Notes: generated from the letters alone by a model not told the origin. A stretch of 32,000 nt of DNA from Candidatus Electrothrix sp. GW3-4 (GCF_037902255.1 NZ_CP147990.1:330001-362000); one strand, 5' to 3'. Shown: positions 17,520-26,593, counted from the first letter of the stretch. Numbers and translations: made by a program.

Positions 17520-17935
17520 CTATTTTATGACACAGGCACGCTTATCCGTATCAATGAGTTCGATATTGAGTCCCTGTTTAGCAAAAATAAAAGCAATATC
17601 CTCATTGGCAAAAGCCTCACCCGGTTCAGGGGGGTTAATATACGCAACCCCAACTCTTCCATCCTTATTACTTCTTTATTAAGGTCATCACACTTAAAAC
17701 AGAGATGATGCAGGCCCCCGCCACGCTTGGCAAAACGATAGATCGGAGAAGTTTTATCAGCTGGCTCTAACAACTTTACCGGCAAAGATCCTTCTTTTTT
17801 CAAAAAAACAACATACACCTTCTGTCTGGTATTTTCTACTTTACGAGTGTACTGCTTGTAGCCAAAAACTTGTTCCCAATGGTGAACAGCCTCTTCGAGT
17901 GAAAGGACAACTATGCCAATATGGTCTATCTGCAT
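17520..17935 (-). pseudogene. VOC/glyoxalase-family protein (methylmalonyl-CoA-epimerase-like) with an apparent 1-nt frameshift
   Basis: The N-terminus MQIDHIGIVVLSLEEAVHHWEQVFG is VOC-typical and begins at the ATG at 17935. After ...CDDLNKEVIRMEELG the annotated frame turns into LRILTPLNRVRLLPMRILLL... (nonsense-like). The -1 frame reads VAYINPPEPGEAFANEDIAFIFAKQGLNIELIDTDKRACVIK*, a normal VOC C-terminus with its stop at 17520-17522. The frames switch at a C4 run at 17648-17651. Confidence 0.65.
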
Positions 17936-17943
17936 TCTGTTTT

Positions 17944-19098
17944 TCAACCTTTTCTCGGTGACCAAATCACCTGTTTTTTTCCCTGCAAAAATTTTATGGT
18001 CGCATGCAGAGAGGCAACATTCAACAACATAAAATAATACAGCAACCGCAGGAGGGTAAAATCTCTACCATAATGGACAAACACTGGTGAAAGAACTGCC
18101 CCGGTATAACAAACAAGCTGACAAGCAAGAAACGCACTAAAAATCGGGTCATTTGACACCAGTAATAAATTCGCGGCAAAGGCAATTCCCAGAAAAACAA
18201 AACAAAAATAACGCAGTACCTTGTGAGACCAAAGCTGCCAGGAAAAAAGAAAACCACCTCGACCAAACAGCAAACAATCCATATCTTTCAATGCCCAGAG
18301 AGCACGCAAGGTTACTCTCACCCGCATTCGGTACTCATCACGGCTTTCTTGCAACGAATCTTCTTTGAGCAACGCTGAAGATTCATATACTACCCTAAAA
18401 CCCTTTTTCACGACCTTAAGTGGTTGAACAAAATCAGATAATTGATCACTGTTTAATTTGCTATGAATATCTTTTCGCATGGCATCAATTCCACCGTCAA
18501 CTCCCACCACAGAACCTATCTGCGTTTCCATGCTTCTTAAAAAATTTTCATACTTCATATAAGCAGAACATCCATCGCCAATGGGGGTGCCGTCCGAATC
18601 AGTGTAAATCATTTTACCGGTGACATAACCAACTTCTGGGTCATGGAAGTTTGCGACAATTTGTTTTAGGGCATCCGGGGCATATATTGAATTAGCATCC
18701 GAAAATACAAGAATCTCACCATGAGCATGGGGAATTGCCAAATTAAGTGCAGATGTTTTTCCTGATCTGGGTTTCTGGAGGAGTAAGCTTACATTCTGAT
18801 TGTTAAACTGATTTATAATTTCATTTGTCTTATCGGTTGATTCGTCAGATATTACAATTATCTCCAGTTTACTCTTTTGATAATCAAGCTGTAATTTGTT
18901 AGCAATAGTTTGACCAATATATTTTTCTTCGTTATATGCTGAAATTAGAATAGTAACTGTCGGCTCATATTTTGCTTTATCAACTGAATTATGTATCATT
19001 CGAGCCAGAATCCAGACACAAAATGGGTAACCAGCATATACATAAAATATCATGAATAAGCTAAAGAAAAAAAGCACTTTGCAAACAAACATACCCAC
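17944..19098 (-). CDS. Membrane-anchored glycosyltransferase family 2
   Basis: 384 aa. An N-terminal TM segment precedes the GT-A core (TILISAYNEE, VISDESTDKT, VFSDANSIY), followed by 3-4 C-terminal TM segments. The track start at 19098 is GTG. An ATG two codons downstream (19092) is equally possible. Confidence 0.85.
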   Translation of the reverse strand: MGMFVCKVLFFFSLFMIFYVYAGYPFCVWILARMIHNSVDKAKYEPTVTILISAYNEEKYIGQTIANKLQLDYQKSKLEIIVISDESTDKTNEIINQFNNQNVSLLLQKPRSGKTSALNLAIPHAHGEILVFSDANSIYAPDALKQIVANFHDPEVGYVTGKMIYTDSDGTPIGDGCSAYMKYENFLRSMETQIGSVVGVDGGIDAMRKDIHSKLNSDQLSDFVQPLKVVKKGFRVVYESSALLKEDSLQESRDEYRMRVRVTLRALWALKDMDCLLFGRGGFLFSWQLWSHKVLRYFCFVFLGIAFAANLLLVSNDPIFSAFLACQLVCYTGAVLSPVFVHYGRDFTLLRLLYYFMLLNVASLHATIKFLQGKKQVIWSPRKG

Positions 19099-19537
19099 TT
19101 ACCGTTCTCTTATTTTTCAAAAAAAAACAACAGCTTAACAAAACTTACAAAACAACCAGTTGTGAGCTTTTCATTTATAACTAAGTTTCATTTCATAAGC
19201 CCACAAGGATTATCGAAAATCATGTTGTGAGGGGCAGTTGAACTGTATTTTTCAGGCTCACTCCGAGTCTCTCAACGGTTCTGTGGTCAAATATCAGTCC
19301 CTATATCAAGGCTAGAACCTACATTCCTTCGCCACCAAAAAAAACAGCAATGCGCAGATTATTCAGGTTAAAAATAATATGTCCCTATATTCCAACCACG
19401 TAAAGCAAGTCACACTTACTTGAGACAGGAGGAACACCTATGAACATGCTAGCATCAAAGGAAGAATAGCTGTTGAGTGTTTTGGATATAGCCCCAAAAA
19501 ACATATTCCAGCTTTTCAAGAATACTCCTGATATATG

Positions 19538-20566
19538 TTACTCGGATGAGTTCTTGAGCAGTAGTAACATCAATTGTGGATTGAAAGAGTGACTCGATTC
19601 AGAGTTGTCGCCAGACCAGCCAGCAATCCTTGCCAGAATCCACCACATGGCATATGCCTTACGATTAGCAGTGATATGCTGTGTATTATGCGCACCGTAA
19701 GCAACTGACCCACCGGGACTTAGCTTATTCTCAAACCAGTCCTGCCCTAAAGTATGACTATCCTGCCAATCTTGATAAAAATTACCCCCGGTTGTAGAGT
19801 CACCGTTATCGCCAGCATCTTCCCAATAATTTCCGTCCATGTCATGGGTGTCAATATTGTAATAATCCAGACAGAAGTATCCGTTTGTTCTAGAAAAATT
19901 ATTTATCAAATCAGCTTGTGGTTTCGGCTGCAGAAATCCTGTATTCGCCTCTTTATTTGCATGGCCGGTCATGAAAATAAAGGTTACTGGTTCTTGCCGT
20001 TGACCGGAGCCGGAGCCGGAGCCAATTTTGCTTCCATCCGAACCATATTCGTCAATCAGGGTCTGCATGCCCGGCAGATAATTCCCTTCCGCATTGTGAC
20101 CAGCAATATCGCACCAAGACCACATCACAACATTTATATGCGCATTTTCAGGTGCATCCAGATAATCCCTCGTTAGTTGCACAAACGTTGTTTCATTAAC
20201 ACTTAAATCAGTCGCTGGTGTTTCTCTAATGGCATAATCATAAAAATTTAATTTGCCCTCTACGGGTGTGCCGGGCACCGTATGGTTCTCAATTCCAAAT
20301 AATATATCATCCCCATCCTTATAATCCTGAAGACCGAACATTCCACGGCTTACATGGGTTCCATGAGAAGTGTGTTGATAGGCAATGTGCAAATTTTCGC
20401 GAACCGCATCAATATATTCCTGTGGGATACTTCTCAGAACATCTTCAGTAGCAACGGTATGATCGGCGACAAACTGCTCACCAAATACCGATTGACAGAA
20501 CATGGAAAAAAGACATATTATCAGCAATAAAAAAAAAGATTTTTTGTTTTTCATTTTCATCTCCAT
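19538..20566 (-). CDS. Secreted hypothetical protein (paralog of 16676-17500) with a GSGSGSG linker
   Basis: Signal peptide MKNKKSFFLLLIICLFSMFCQSVFG. The track start at 20569 is TTG, with ATGs at 20566, 20560 and 20554, so the exact start is uncertain. Blocks YQHTSHG, MWSWCD, FIFMTGH and HNTQHITANRKAYAMWWILARIAGW are collinear with blocks in the 274-aa protein. Confidence 0.75.
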   Translation of the reverse strand: MEMKMKNKKSFFLLLIICLFSMFCQSVFGEQFVADHTVATEDVLRSIPQEYIDAVRENLHIAYQHTSHGTHVSRGMFGLQDYKDGDDILFGIENHTVPGTPVEGKLNFYDYAIRETPATDLSVNETTFVQLTRDYLDAPENAHINVVMWSWCDIAGHNAEGNYLPGMQTLIDEYGSDGSKIGSGSGSGQRQEPVTFIFMTGHANKEANTGFLQPKPQADLINNFSRTNGYFCLDYYNIDTHDMDGNYWEDAGDNGDSTTGGNFYQDWQDSHTLGQDWFENKLSPGGSVAYGAHNTQHITANRKAYAMWWILARIAGWSGDNSESSHSFNPQLMLLLLKNSSE

Positions 20567-20737
20567 CAAAATTATTTACCGAAGTATCTTCGTTTTTTTC
20601 TCTGTTTCAATTAGTTCAATAGACTTGTTCCTAAATAACTTCCGAGTTCACCAAAACAGCCTCTTGAAAAACGAAAATGGAGCTGTAACCTTATATAGAG
20701 CAGGGTTCTGGCTTGTTCCTTGAAACTATTCGAAGTA

Positions 20738-21619
20738 TTACAAACAAGACCGGCTCTTAACAAAATCGCCACATTTTTGAAAGGAATTATCACTATTTGA
20801 CTCTATAAAGTATTTCAACTTCCGTTTTGTTTTATGTAAATTTACATAATGTCTAAAACGAAAGGATGATTTCGCCTCTTTCACTCTTGGTTGCTCAGGA
20901 TCAATTTCCCATGGATGCATATAAAAAGTATAGCATTTTTTTTGTTCAAGAATTCGTTTTACACCAAATCTGTGCAAAAAAGCAGGTAACAGTCTGAAGT
21001 ACCCTCCACCTCCCCAGGGGATGATTTTAGAGCCAATCCTTAAATTACTCATTGGAATCTCGTAAATAGAAGAATTTATTGAGTATATTGGCGCGTCCTG
21101 CCCTGTGTTTTGAGGTAAGCTCAGTGACCCGTAACGGCCATGCCCTTCATAAGAATTAAAGCTCGAATCATAAAGATATCCAACTTCACCCACAAGAGAA
21201 AGAGCGTCATCTGTTATGGAAAAACTCGGAGCCCGATATCCTAAAACCTGTTTTCCGGTAAGGTCTTCCAACAATTCTTTACTCCTGAGCAAATCATCAC
21301 GCAAATCGTCCAGCGATTGATTATAACAAAGATGATGATCAAAACCATGGGATGCGACCTCGTGCCCCCTTTTCTGTATTTCTCGTACCAGATCGGGGTA
21401 ACGCTTAGCTATCCAGCCCAGGATAAAAAAAGTAGCTCGTACAGGAATGGAAGAGGAATCCAGCAGGTCTAACAATTCGTTCGTGTTTTTTTCTACACGT
21501 ACCTCTTTTGAACCCCATGAAGAGTAGGGGATATATTCCTTGAAATTTTCTACCTGAAACCAATCTTCAACATCAAAAGTTAGAAGAATTATTTTGTTGG
21601 TACAAGAGGATGCAGCCAT
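20738..21619 (-). CDS. Polysaccharide deacetylase of the PEP-CTERM/XrtA-locus type
   Basis: N-terminal LLTFDVEDWFQVENF and EVASHGFDHH resemble the deacetylase subfamily described for exosortase EPS loci. The start was moved to the ATG at 21619, which overlaps the upstream TAA by one base (TAATG). The track start at 21646 is TTG. Confidence 0.8.
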   Translation of the reverse strand: MAASSCTNKIILLTFDVEDWFQVENFKEYIPYSSWGSKEVRVEKNTNELLDLLDSSSIPVRATFFILGWIAKRYPDLVREIQKRGHEVASHGFDHHLCYNQSLDDLRDDLLRSKELLEDLTGKQVLGYRAPSFSITDDALSLVGEVGYLYDSSFNSYEGHGRYGSLSLPQNTGQDAPIYSINSSIYEIPMSNLRIGSKIIPWGGGGYFRLLPAFLHRFGVKRILEQKKCYTFYMHPWEIDPEQPRVKEAKSSFRFRHYVNLHKTKRKLKYFIESNSDNSFQKCGDFVKSRSCL

Positions 21620-22623
21620 TAAGCCAATCCAAGCTTTTTTTGACAATAGGCTACCATCTCTTTATCTTCCGGTGGCTCAATTTTTTCAATCCCTTCGTCT
21701 CTGGTCAACACTCCCGTACGCACCATATTGGCGATTTCCCATACATAGGGATGGAAATTATAAAGCGTACGATGTACCTGATTAGCAAAGGCATTGAGTG
21801 TGCAATTTGATGAGTTCGGATCAGTATCTTTTGGCCTTTCCCAGCCAAACTGATTAATTCTCGCTACTATGGCATCCTCATCATAGGGAAGAAAAGCCAG
21901 AGGATGGATGTTCCAGGGGAATATCTCTTTTTGTGCGAACTGTTCTTCGGTGATAAAATAAGGAAGAACTGCATCTCCCGCAATCTCCTGCAATGGACCG
22001 AGAAGTGTTTTTTGGGTACTCTGTATCAGAGCAGGATTAGTACGCATAACCGAAGATTGAATCGGAGCCTGTCCAGGCGACCAGCCAAAGCCGACAAAAG
22101 GAATCTGTTTTTCAAGAGCTGTCCGCAAAACAATGCCTTTGACCAAGCCGATACAGGAGGTGCAGATAGTACTGGCCCGCTCCAAAGTCTTGGCCGAATA
22201 AAGTTCTCGTTGAGCTGCTGTTTTAAAAATTTTCCTCAATACCTGTGGGGACGGCTTAACAGTGAGTGAATCAACTCCAAGATTTCCACATACCTTACTG
22301 ATGTTCTCCAATGCCTTTGATGAAATAAAAGTATTGTCAAAGGTCAACGCAAGCACTCGCAGATTATAGCGATTAACAAATACATCCAGTGTATATGTAC
22401 TGTCTTTGCCGCCGCTGTAGGCGACAATAGCATCGTAGCCCGCTCTGTTTTTTTGTCCTGCGAGGAGTTTGATAAATTTATTTTCGTATTTTTTCTGCAA
22501 ATCCCCAGTTGCATCCTCGCCCTTATACCGCTGACAATGGTTACACTCTTCGTTTTCGTTAAAGGAAATTCCAGGAAATGTGGAAGGAAGAATGCATCGG
22601 CGACAGAGAAAACGCTCTTTCAT
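21619..22623 (-). CDS. N-acetyl sugar amidotransferase (PP-loop ATP pyrophosphatase, WbuX/WbpG-like)
   Basis: 334 aa. An N-terminal zinc-ribbon-like CRRC...CNHC is followed by the PP-loop AYSGGKDSTYTL. The ATG overlaps the upstream TGA (ATGA, 22623-22620). Confidence 0.75.
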   Translation of the reverse strand: MKERFLCRRCILPSTFPGISFNENEECNHCQRYKGEDATGDLQKKYENKFIKLLAGQKNRAGYDAIVAYSGGKDSTYTLDVFVNRYNLRVLALTFDNTFISSKALENISKVCGNLGVDSLTVKPSPQVLRKIFKTAAQRELYSAKTLERASTICTSCIGLVKGIVLRTALEKQIPFVGFGWSPGQAPIQSSVMRTNPALIQSTQKTLLGPLQEIAGDAVLPYFITEEQFAQKEIFPWNIHPLAFLPYDEDAIVARINQFGWERPKDTDPNSSNCTLNAFANQVHRTLYNFHPYVWEIANMVRTGVLTRDEGIEKIEPPEDKEMVAYCQKKLGLA

Positions 22624-24113
22624 TTTTTCAACTCCGTTTTTTTTATTTTGCCTGTAGAAGTTTTAGGCAATTCATCCAGAAGAATAATTTCATGAGGCGT
22701 TTTGAATAGAGGAAGGTTGCGTCGACAATGTTTGAGCACCTCTTTTTTGGAAATAGTATAATTTTCTTTGAATACAATAAAAGCCACTATCTTTTCACCA
22801 AGAATTGTATCTTCATGTCCGACTACGGCAACCTCGTGAATGCCTCTGCATTGCATAATTGCTTCTTCAATTTCTTTTGGAGCGATTTTGTGGGCGCCGG
22901 ATTTAATCATATCGCTTTTGCGACTCTCAATAAAAATAAATCCATCGTGATCAACTCGCGCAAGATCTCCGGTCCATAATTTTCCGTTTTTCAAAACGTT
23001 GGCACTTTCCTCAGCATTATGCCAATACCCTGCCATGATATTTTCACCACTTGCTACAATTTCTCCAACCTCATCCGCTTCTGCTGTTGTTCCGTCTGGG
23101 CGACAAATCTCCAGGGTCACCCCGGGTATTGCCTTGCCTATACTCCCCGCCTTATCGACGATTCTATCCGGCATGAGAAAGCTAAGCCGTGCAGAAGCCT
23201 CGGTCTGCCCATACATGATGAAAATTTTCGCATCCGAAAAAACCGCAGAAAGGTCAACCGCAAGTGTTGGCGACATGGCCGCTCCAGCCTGGGTCAAGTA
23301 ACGCAGCTTGGGGAATGTGTATTTTTTGACAGCGGTACGATGCAATAAAATGGCAAAACTTGATGGTACTCCAGAAAAACCTGTTACGCCTTCAGCCACC
23401 ATCTGATCAAGAATCAGGTTGGGATAGAGGAAACTCCAGTTTACAATCAGAGTTCCACCTACGGCAATATGAGTCAGCAGCAGAGAGTTGCCGTACGAAT
23501 AAAAAAAAGGAAGCACAGCCATGACCTTATCATGTTCTGTAAGTCCGAGATAGCTGATAATGGACTGCGTGTTAACTACCAGATTACGATGCCTGAGCAT
23601 TACCCCTTTAGGGGTGCCGGTTGTACCGGAAGTATAGATTATCTGTCCGATATCCTCCGGGTTTATTCGGGGAAGTGTTCTAGGATCAAAACGCTCCCCA
23701 TTCTCCCACAATGACCGTATGTCTGTTTCGTAACGAAGAACCGAGTCCTGGTCGTTTATTATGGAGCTGTATTTTTGAAATTTCTTATGGGACAGGACAA
23801 TGGAGCTTCCGCTATCAGTAAGAACCGTGCTGAGTGCATGGTTGGAGGTCTGGGTGTTAAGACCGATAACAATTCCACCTGCTGCCAATATCCCAAAATA
23901 AGCTGCTGCATACTCACTGGCCTGCTCGGTAAGAATGGCTACCCGGTCACCGGGCTGTACATTATGACGCAACAGCCACTGGGTGACCCGCTCTGCTCGT
24001 CGGGCAAGTTCTCTATAGCTTACACGTTCCGTTCCCTGTACCAAGGCCGTCTTCTCAGGATACGAGCGAGCTGACTGGAACAAAAAAGAATGGATCAGGT
24101 CGGTTGTAAACAT
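22620..24113 (-). CDS. Acyl-CoA/acyl-ACP ligase (AMP-forming, ANL superfamily)
   Basis: Core motifs are IIYTSGTTGTPKGV, GDLARVDHDGFIFIESRKSDMIK and LPKTSTGKIKK. The start was set at the ATG at 24113 (MFTTDLIHSF...). The track start at 24143 is GTG and would overlap the ACP gene by 49 nt. Confidence 0.9.
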   Translation of the reverse strand: MFTTDLIHSFLFQSARSYPEKTALVQGTERVSYRELARRAERVTQWLLRHNVQPGDRVAILTEQASEYAAAYFGILAAGGIVIGLNTQTSNHALSTVLTDSGSSIVLSHKKFQKYSSIINDQDSVLRYETDIRSLWENGERFDPRTLPRINPEDIGQIIYTSGTTGTPKGVMLRHRNLVVNTQSIISYLGLTEHDKVMAVLPFFYSYGNSLLLTHIAVGGTLIVNWSFLYPNLILDQMVAEGVTGFSGVPSSFAILLHRTAVKKYTFPKLRYLTQAGAAMSPTLAVDLSAVFSDAKIFIMYGQTEASARLSFLMPDRIVDKAGSIGKAIPGVTLEICRPDGTTAEADEVGEIVASGENIMAGYWHNAEESANVLKNGKLWTGDLARVDHDGFIFIESRKSDMIKSGAHKIAPKEIEEAIMQCRGIHEVAVVGHEDTILGEKIVAFIVFKENYTISKKEVLKHCRRNLPLFKTPHEIILLDELPKTSTGKIKKTELKK

Positions 24114-24361
24114 TTTTCTGTTTTTTGGGCGAGATAATCGCACAACAAGTTCACGCTGTCAAAGTTTTCTGGAACTATTTCTTCATCGCCCACAGTAAAA
24201 CCAAACTCTTCTTCGATCCATTCTACAAGCTCAAGAACGCCGGTTGAATCAATAATGCCCTGTTCAAGGAATGAAGCATCATTCTGTAATGCATCCTCTT
24301 CTGCATCAAAAAGAAAATTTTCAAAAATAAACGCGCGAATTTCAGTTTTCATTTTAGACAT
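24095..24361 (-). CDS. Acyl carrier protein
   Basis: 88 aa and acidic. The phosphopantetheine-site motif is LEQGIIDSTGVLELVEWIEEEF (D-S). A strong SD, GGGGGAGG, lies 7 nt upstream of the ATG. Confidence 0.85.
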   Translation of the reverse strand: MSKMKTEIRAFIFENFLFDAEEDALQNDASFLEQGIIDSTGVLELVEWIEEEFGFTVGDEEIVPENFDSVNLLCDYLAQKTEKCLQPT

Positions 24362-24429
24362 AAAAGTACCTCCCCCTGTTAAGGGGATTTATAGAAATAT
24401 GATGCAACCGTTGCATTGCTGACGCAACC

Positions 24430-26355
24430 TTAGGTAGCCAGCTTAAAGTTTTTTATCATTTTTTCATATACTATCTGACTCGATAAAATGCCGACAAATG
24501 CCATATTTTCCCTAAATCCCTGTCTGCTTTTTTTTCGGCATTTTTCAAGCAGCTTTTCCACTGCCTTGGGCTTGAATAACCCTGCTTCATTCAAAAGAGA
24601 GGGTGAAAGAAAGTAATCAAGATAGTCAGGTTCTTTTTCAGCAAAAAAACTTGAAATATCTGGAGCCATATAGGGCTGTTTTTTTCTTCGGACTATATGC
24701 GGCGGTAAAATATCCTCCATCGCCTGCTTGAGAATATTTTTCTCATTAAGTGCTTTCATTTTATAATATGTCGGTATACGACCGGCAAATTCCACAACCC
24801 GGTGATCAAGAAAGGGAAAGCGTCCTTCTACAGAGTGAGCCATCGCCATACGGTCTCCCTGTGAGGAAAGTAAATAGTTGGCCATCAGTGTTTTGCACTC
24901 TAAATACTGTGCCCTGTTGAAAAAGTCAAGGCCTTTAAGGTTGTTGTGCATATAGTCCAGCCCCTTGACAAGCTCTTTCCCCTGCTCCAATACCTGATTC
25001 GACAGAAAGATATGGGTACCTGATGTTGTTTTCCAGCGTGGTCGGTGAGCATAAAAAAGATCATGAGTATCCGCATCAGCAGCAAAAGATTTCCTCGCAA
25101 ATTCAACAAACTTTGCTGGGGATAGTGCCATGTATGGATATAATCGTTTCAATAGCTGTGGACGATATATAGAATTAGGTTGCGCATGAATAAAGGCCCT
25201 GATCTTAGCTTCTTTGAAAATATCATAACCGCCCATAATTTCATCCGCCCCTTCGCCAGTAAGCACTACTTTATACTGGTTTTGATGCACTAATTGAGAT
25301 AATAAAAAAAGCGGAACAGGGGCTGTTCGCAGAATAGGCGTTTCAGTATGCAGGATAACTTCAGGAAAAGATTCAGCAATATCTTTATAGGAACAGACAA
25401 TCTGGTTATGATCTGTTCCGAGATACTCCTTTATCTCATTTTGCTCAGCGCTCTCATCATACACCTTGTCGGAAAAGGTCACAGAAAACGTTTTAAGTGG
25501 GTTGTTTGTATAGTTCTTTACAAGGGAGGTGATAGCTGACGAATCGAGTCCTCCGCTTAGATAGGCTCCGACAGGCACATCTGCGCGTAAACGAATCCGT
25601 ACAGCATCAATAAGTAATTCCCGTAATTCCGCCGCATATTCTTGTTCCGATCGTTTACCTGGTTCATCTGGGCAAAATGGAATAGACCAATAACATTGCG
25701 GCTCATGAATACCAGAATCCGTTACTTCCATAAAATGCCCAGGGAGTAACTGTTTGATACCAGAAAAAATGCTCTTTTCGCCGACAGGACTCCAAAATGT
25801 AAAGATCTCACTTAAAACATGCTGATTTATCTGTCGAGGTAGAGCATGATGCGCACTGAATATAGATTTTACTTCAGAAGCAAAATAAAATGAGCCATTA
25901 TGGTGCGTATAAAAAAGAGGCCGGATCCCCATACGATCTCGGGCCAGAAAAAGGGCTTGTTTTTTGGTATCATGGATGGCTATTGCAAACTGTCCATTAA
26001 GATCAGCTAGGCAATCTGTTCCTTTTTCTTCATAAAGGTGGAGAATGACTTCGGTGTCTGAATGTGTGGTGAAAATATGGCCTTTCTTAAGAAGCTCTGC
26101 TCGTAATTCAGGATAATTAAAAATTTCTCCATTAAAGATAATCCATAGAGTACGGTCTTCATTGGCTATAGGTTGCCGACCACCTTCAAGGTCGATTATG
26201 GAGAGTCTGGCATGAGCTAATCCTGTTGTTTTTCCGACAAAAAAACCGAAGTCATCAGGACCTCTGTGCCGAACAGGAAAGATCATTCGCTTAAGGGTTT
26301 GACGATCATTTTGCTGTCGATTATTTATTTGAAAGTATCCGGCAATGCCGCACAT
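24430..26355 (-). CDS. Asparagine synthase (glutamine-hydrolysing) family amidotransferase
   Basis: 641 aa. The Ntn nucleophile is at MCGIAGYF and the PP-loop is YLSGGLDSS. This is the first gene of the minus-strand operon. Confidence 0.95.
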   Translation of the reverse strand: MCGIAGYFQINNRQQNDRQTLKRMIFPVRHRGPDDFGFFVGKTTGLAHARLSIIDLEGGRQPIANEDRTLWIIFNGEIFNYPELRAELLKKGHIFTTHSDTEVILHLYEEKGTDCLADLNGQFAIAIHDTKKQALFLARDRMGIRPLFYTHHNGSFYFASEVKSIFSAHHALPRQINQHVLSEIFTFWSPVGEKSIFSGIKQLLPGHFMEVTDSGIHEPQCYWSIPFCPDEPGKRSEQEYAAELRELLIDAVRIRLRADVPVGAYLSGGLDSSAITSLVKNYTNNPLKTFSVTFSDKVYDESAEQNEIKEYLGTDHNQIVCSYKDIAESFPEVILHTETPILRTAPVPLFLLSQLVHQNQYKVVLTGEGADEIMGGYDIFKEAKIRAFIHAQPNSIYRPQLLKRLYPYMALSPAKFVEFARKSFAADADTHDLFYAHRPRWKTTSGTHIFLSNQVLEQGKELVKGLDYMHNNLKGLDFFNRAQYLECKTLMANYLLSSQGDRMAMAHSVEGRFPFLDHRVVEFAGRIPTYYKMKALNEKNILKQAMEDILPPHIVRRKKQPYMAPDISSFFAEKEPDYLDYFLSPSLLNEAGLFKPKAVEKLLEKCRKKSRQGFRENMAFVGILSSQIVYEKMIKNFKLAT

Positions 26356-26564
26356 GCAATATCCTTGATGGTTAATATTGATGGTCTGATAAAAAGTCGG
26401 AATTTGCGCCTTGGTAACGCCAACTCAACGAGTTACAGTATAACAAAAGGGTGTTTTGGACTTTTTGCGAATCCATCACTCTTGACATGCCTTCTCGGCT
26501 TAAGTTGGTAGCCGTTAAATGGATAAATTTTCTTCCAGAAAATTACGCCGTAAACACAGATGAT

Positions 26565-26593
26565 TTGACACTTAGTAACCAGTCGTATAAAAT
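26565..26593 (+). promoter_or_regulatory. Candidate sigma70-type promoter for the exporter gene
   Basis: TTGACA (26565-26570), a 17-nt spacer, then TAAAAT (26588-26593), 44 nt upstream of the ATG at 26637. The call rests on sequence pattern only. Confidence 0.35.

Noticed and set aside
19427-19469. 9-codon micro-ORF (MNMLASKEE) with a perfect AGGAGG 7 nt upstream on the plus strand
   Set aside because: It is antisense to the operon, has no promoter or downstream gene on that strand, and is too short to evaluate.
20004-20023. (ccggag)x3 hexanucleotide repeat
   Set aside because: It is in frame and encodes a GSGSGSG linker. Slippage would only change linker length, and three units are too few to call a contingency locus.
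20578-20600. Plus-strand terminator-like hairpin cgaag tat cttcg followed by T7
   Set aside because: The stem is only 5 bp and there is no plus-strand gene upstream. At best it is an antisense-transcription stop.
22999-23348. Plus-strand ORFs of 100 and 109 aa (and the many similar antisense ORFs in the track, such as 937-1182, 5331-5558, 6810-7040, 7245-7565, 8256-8875, 9627-10257, 19754-20176, 23469-24074)
   Set aside because: All lie opposite genes with strong motif support and have no start context or recognisable domains. They are typical shadow ORFs.
24372-24386. Hairpin (cccct gtta agggg) overlapping the ACP Shine-Dalgarno sequence as a translational switch
   Set aside because: The stem is only 5 bp and leaves GAGG of the SD free. 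It is too weak to claim regulation.
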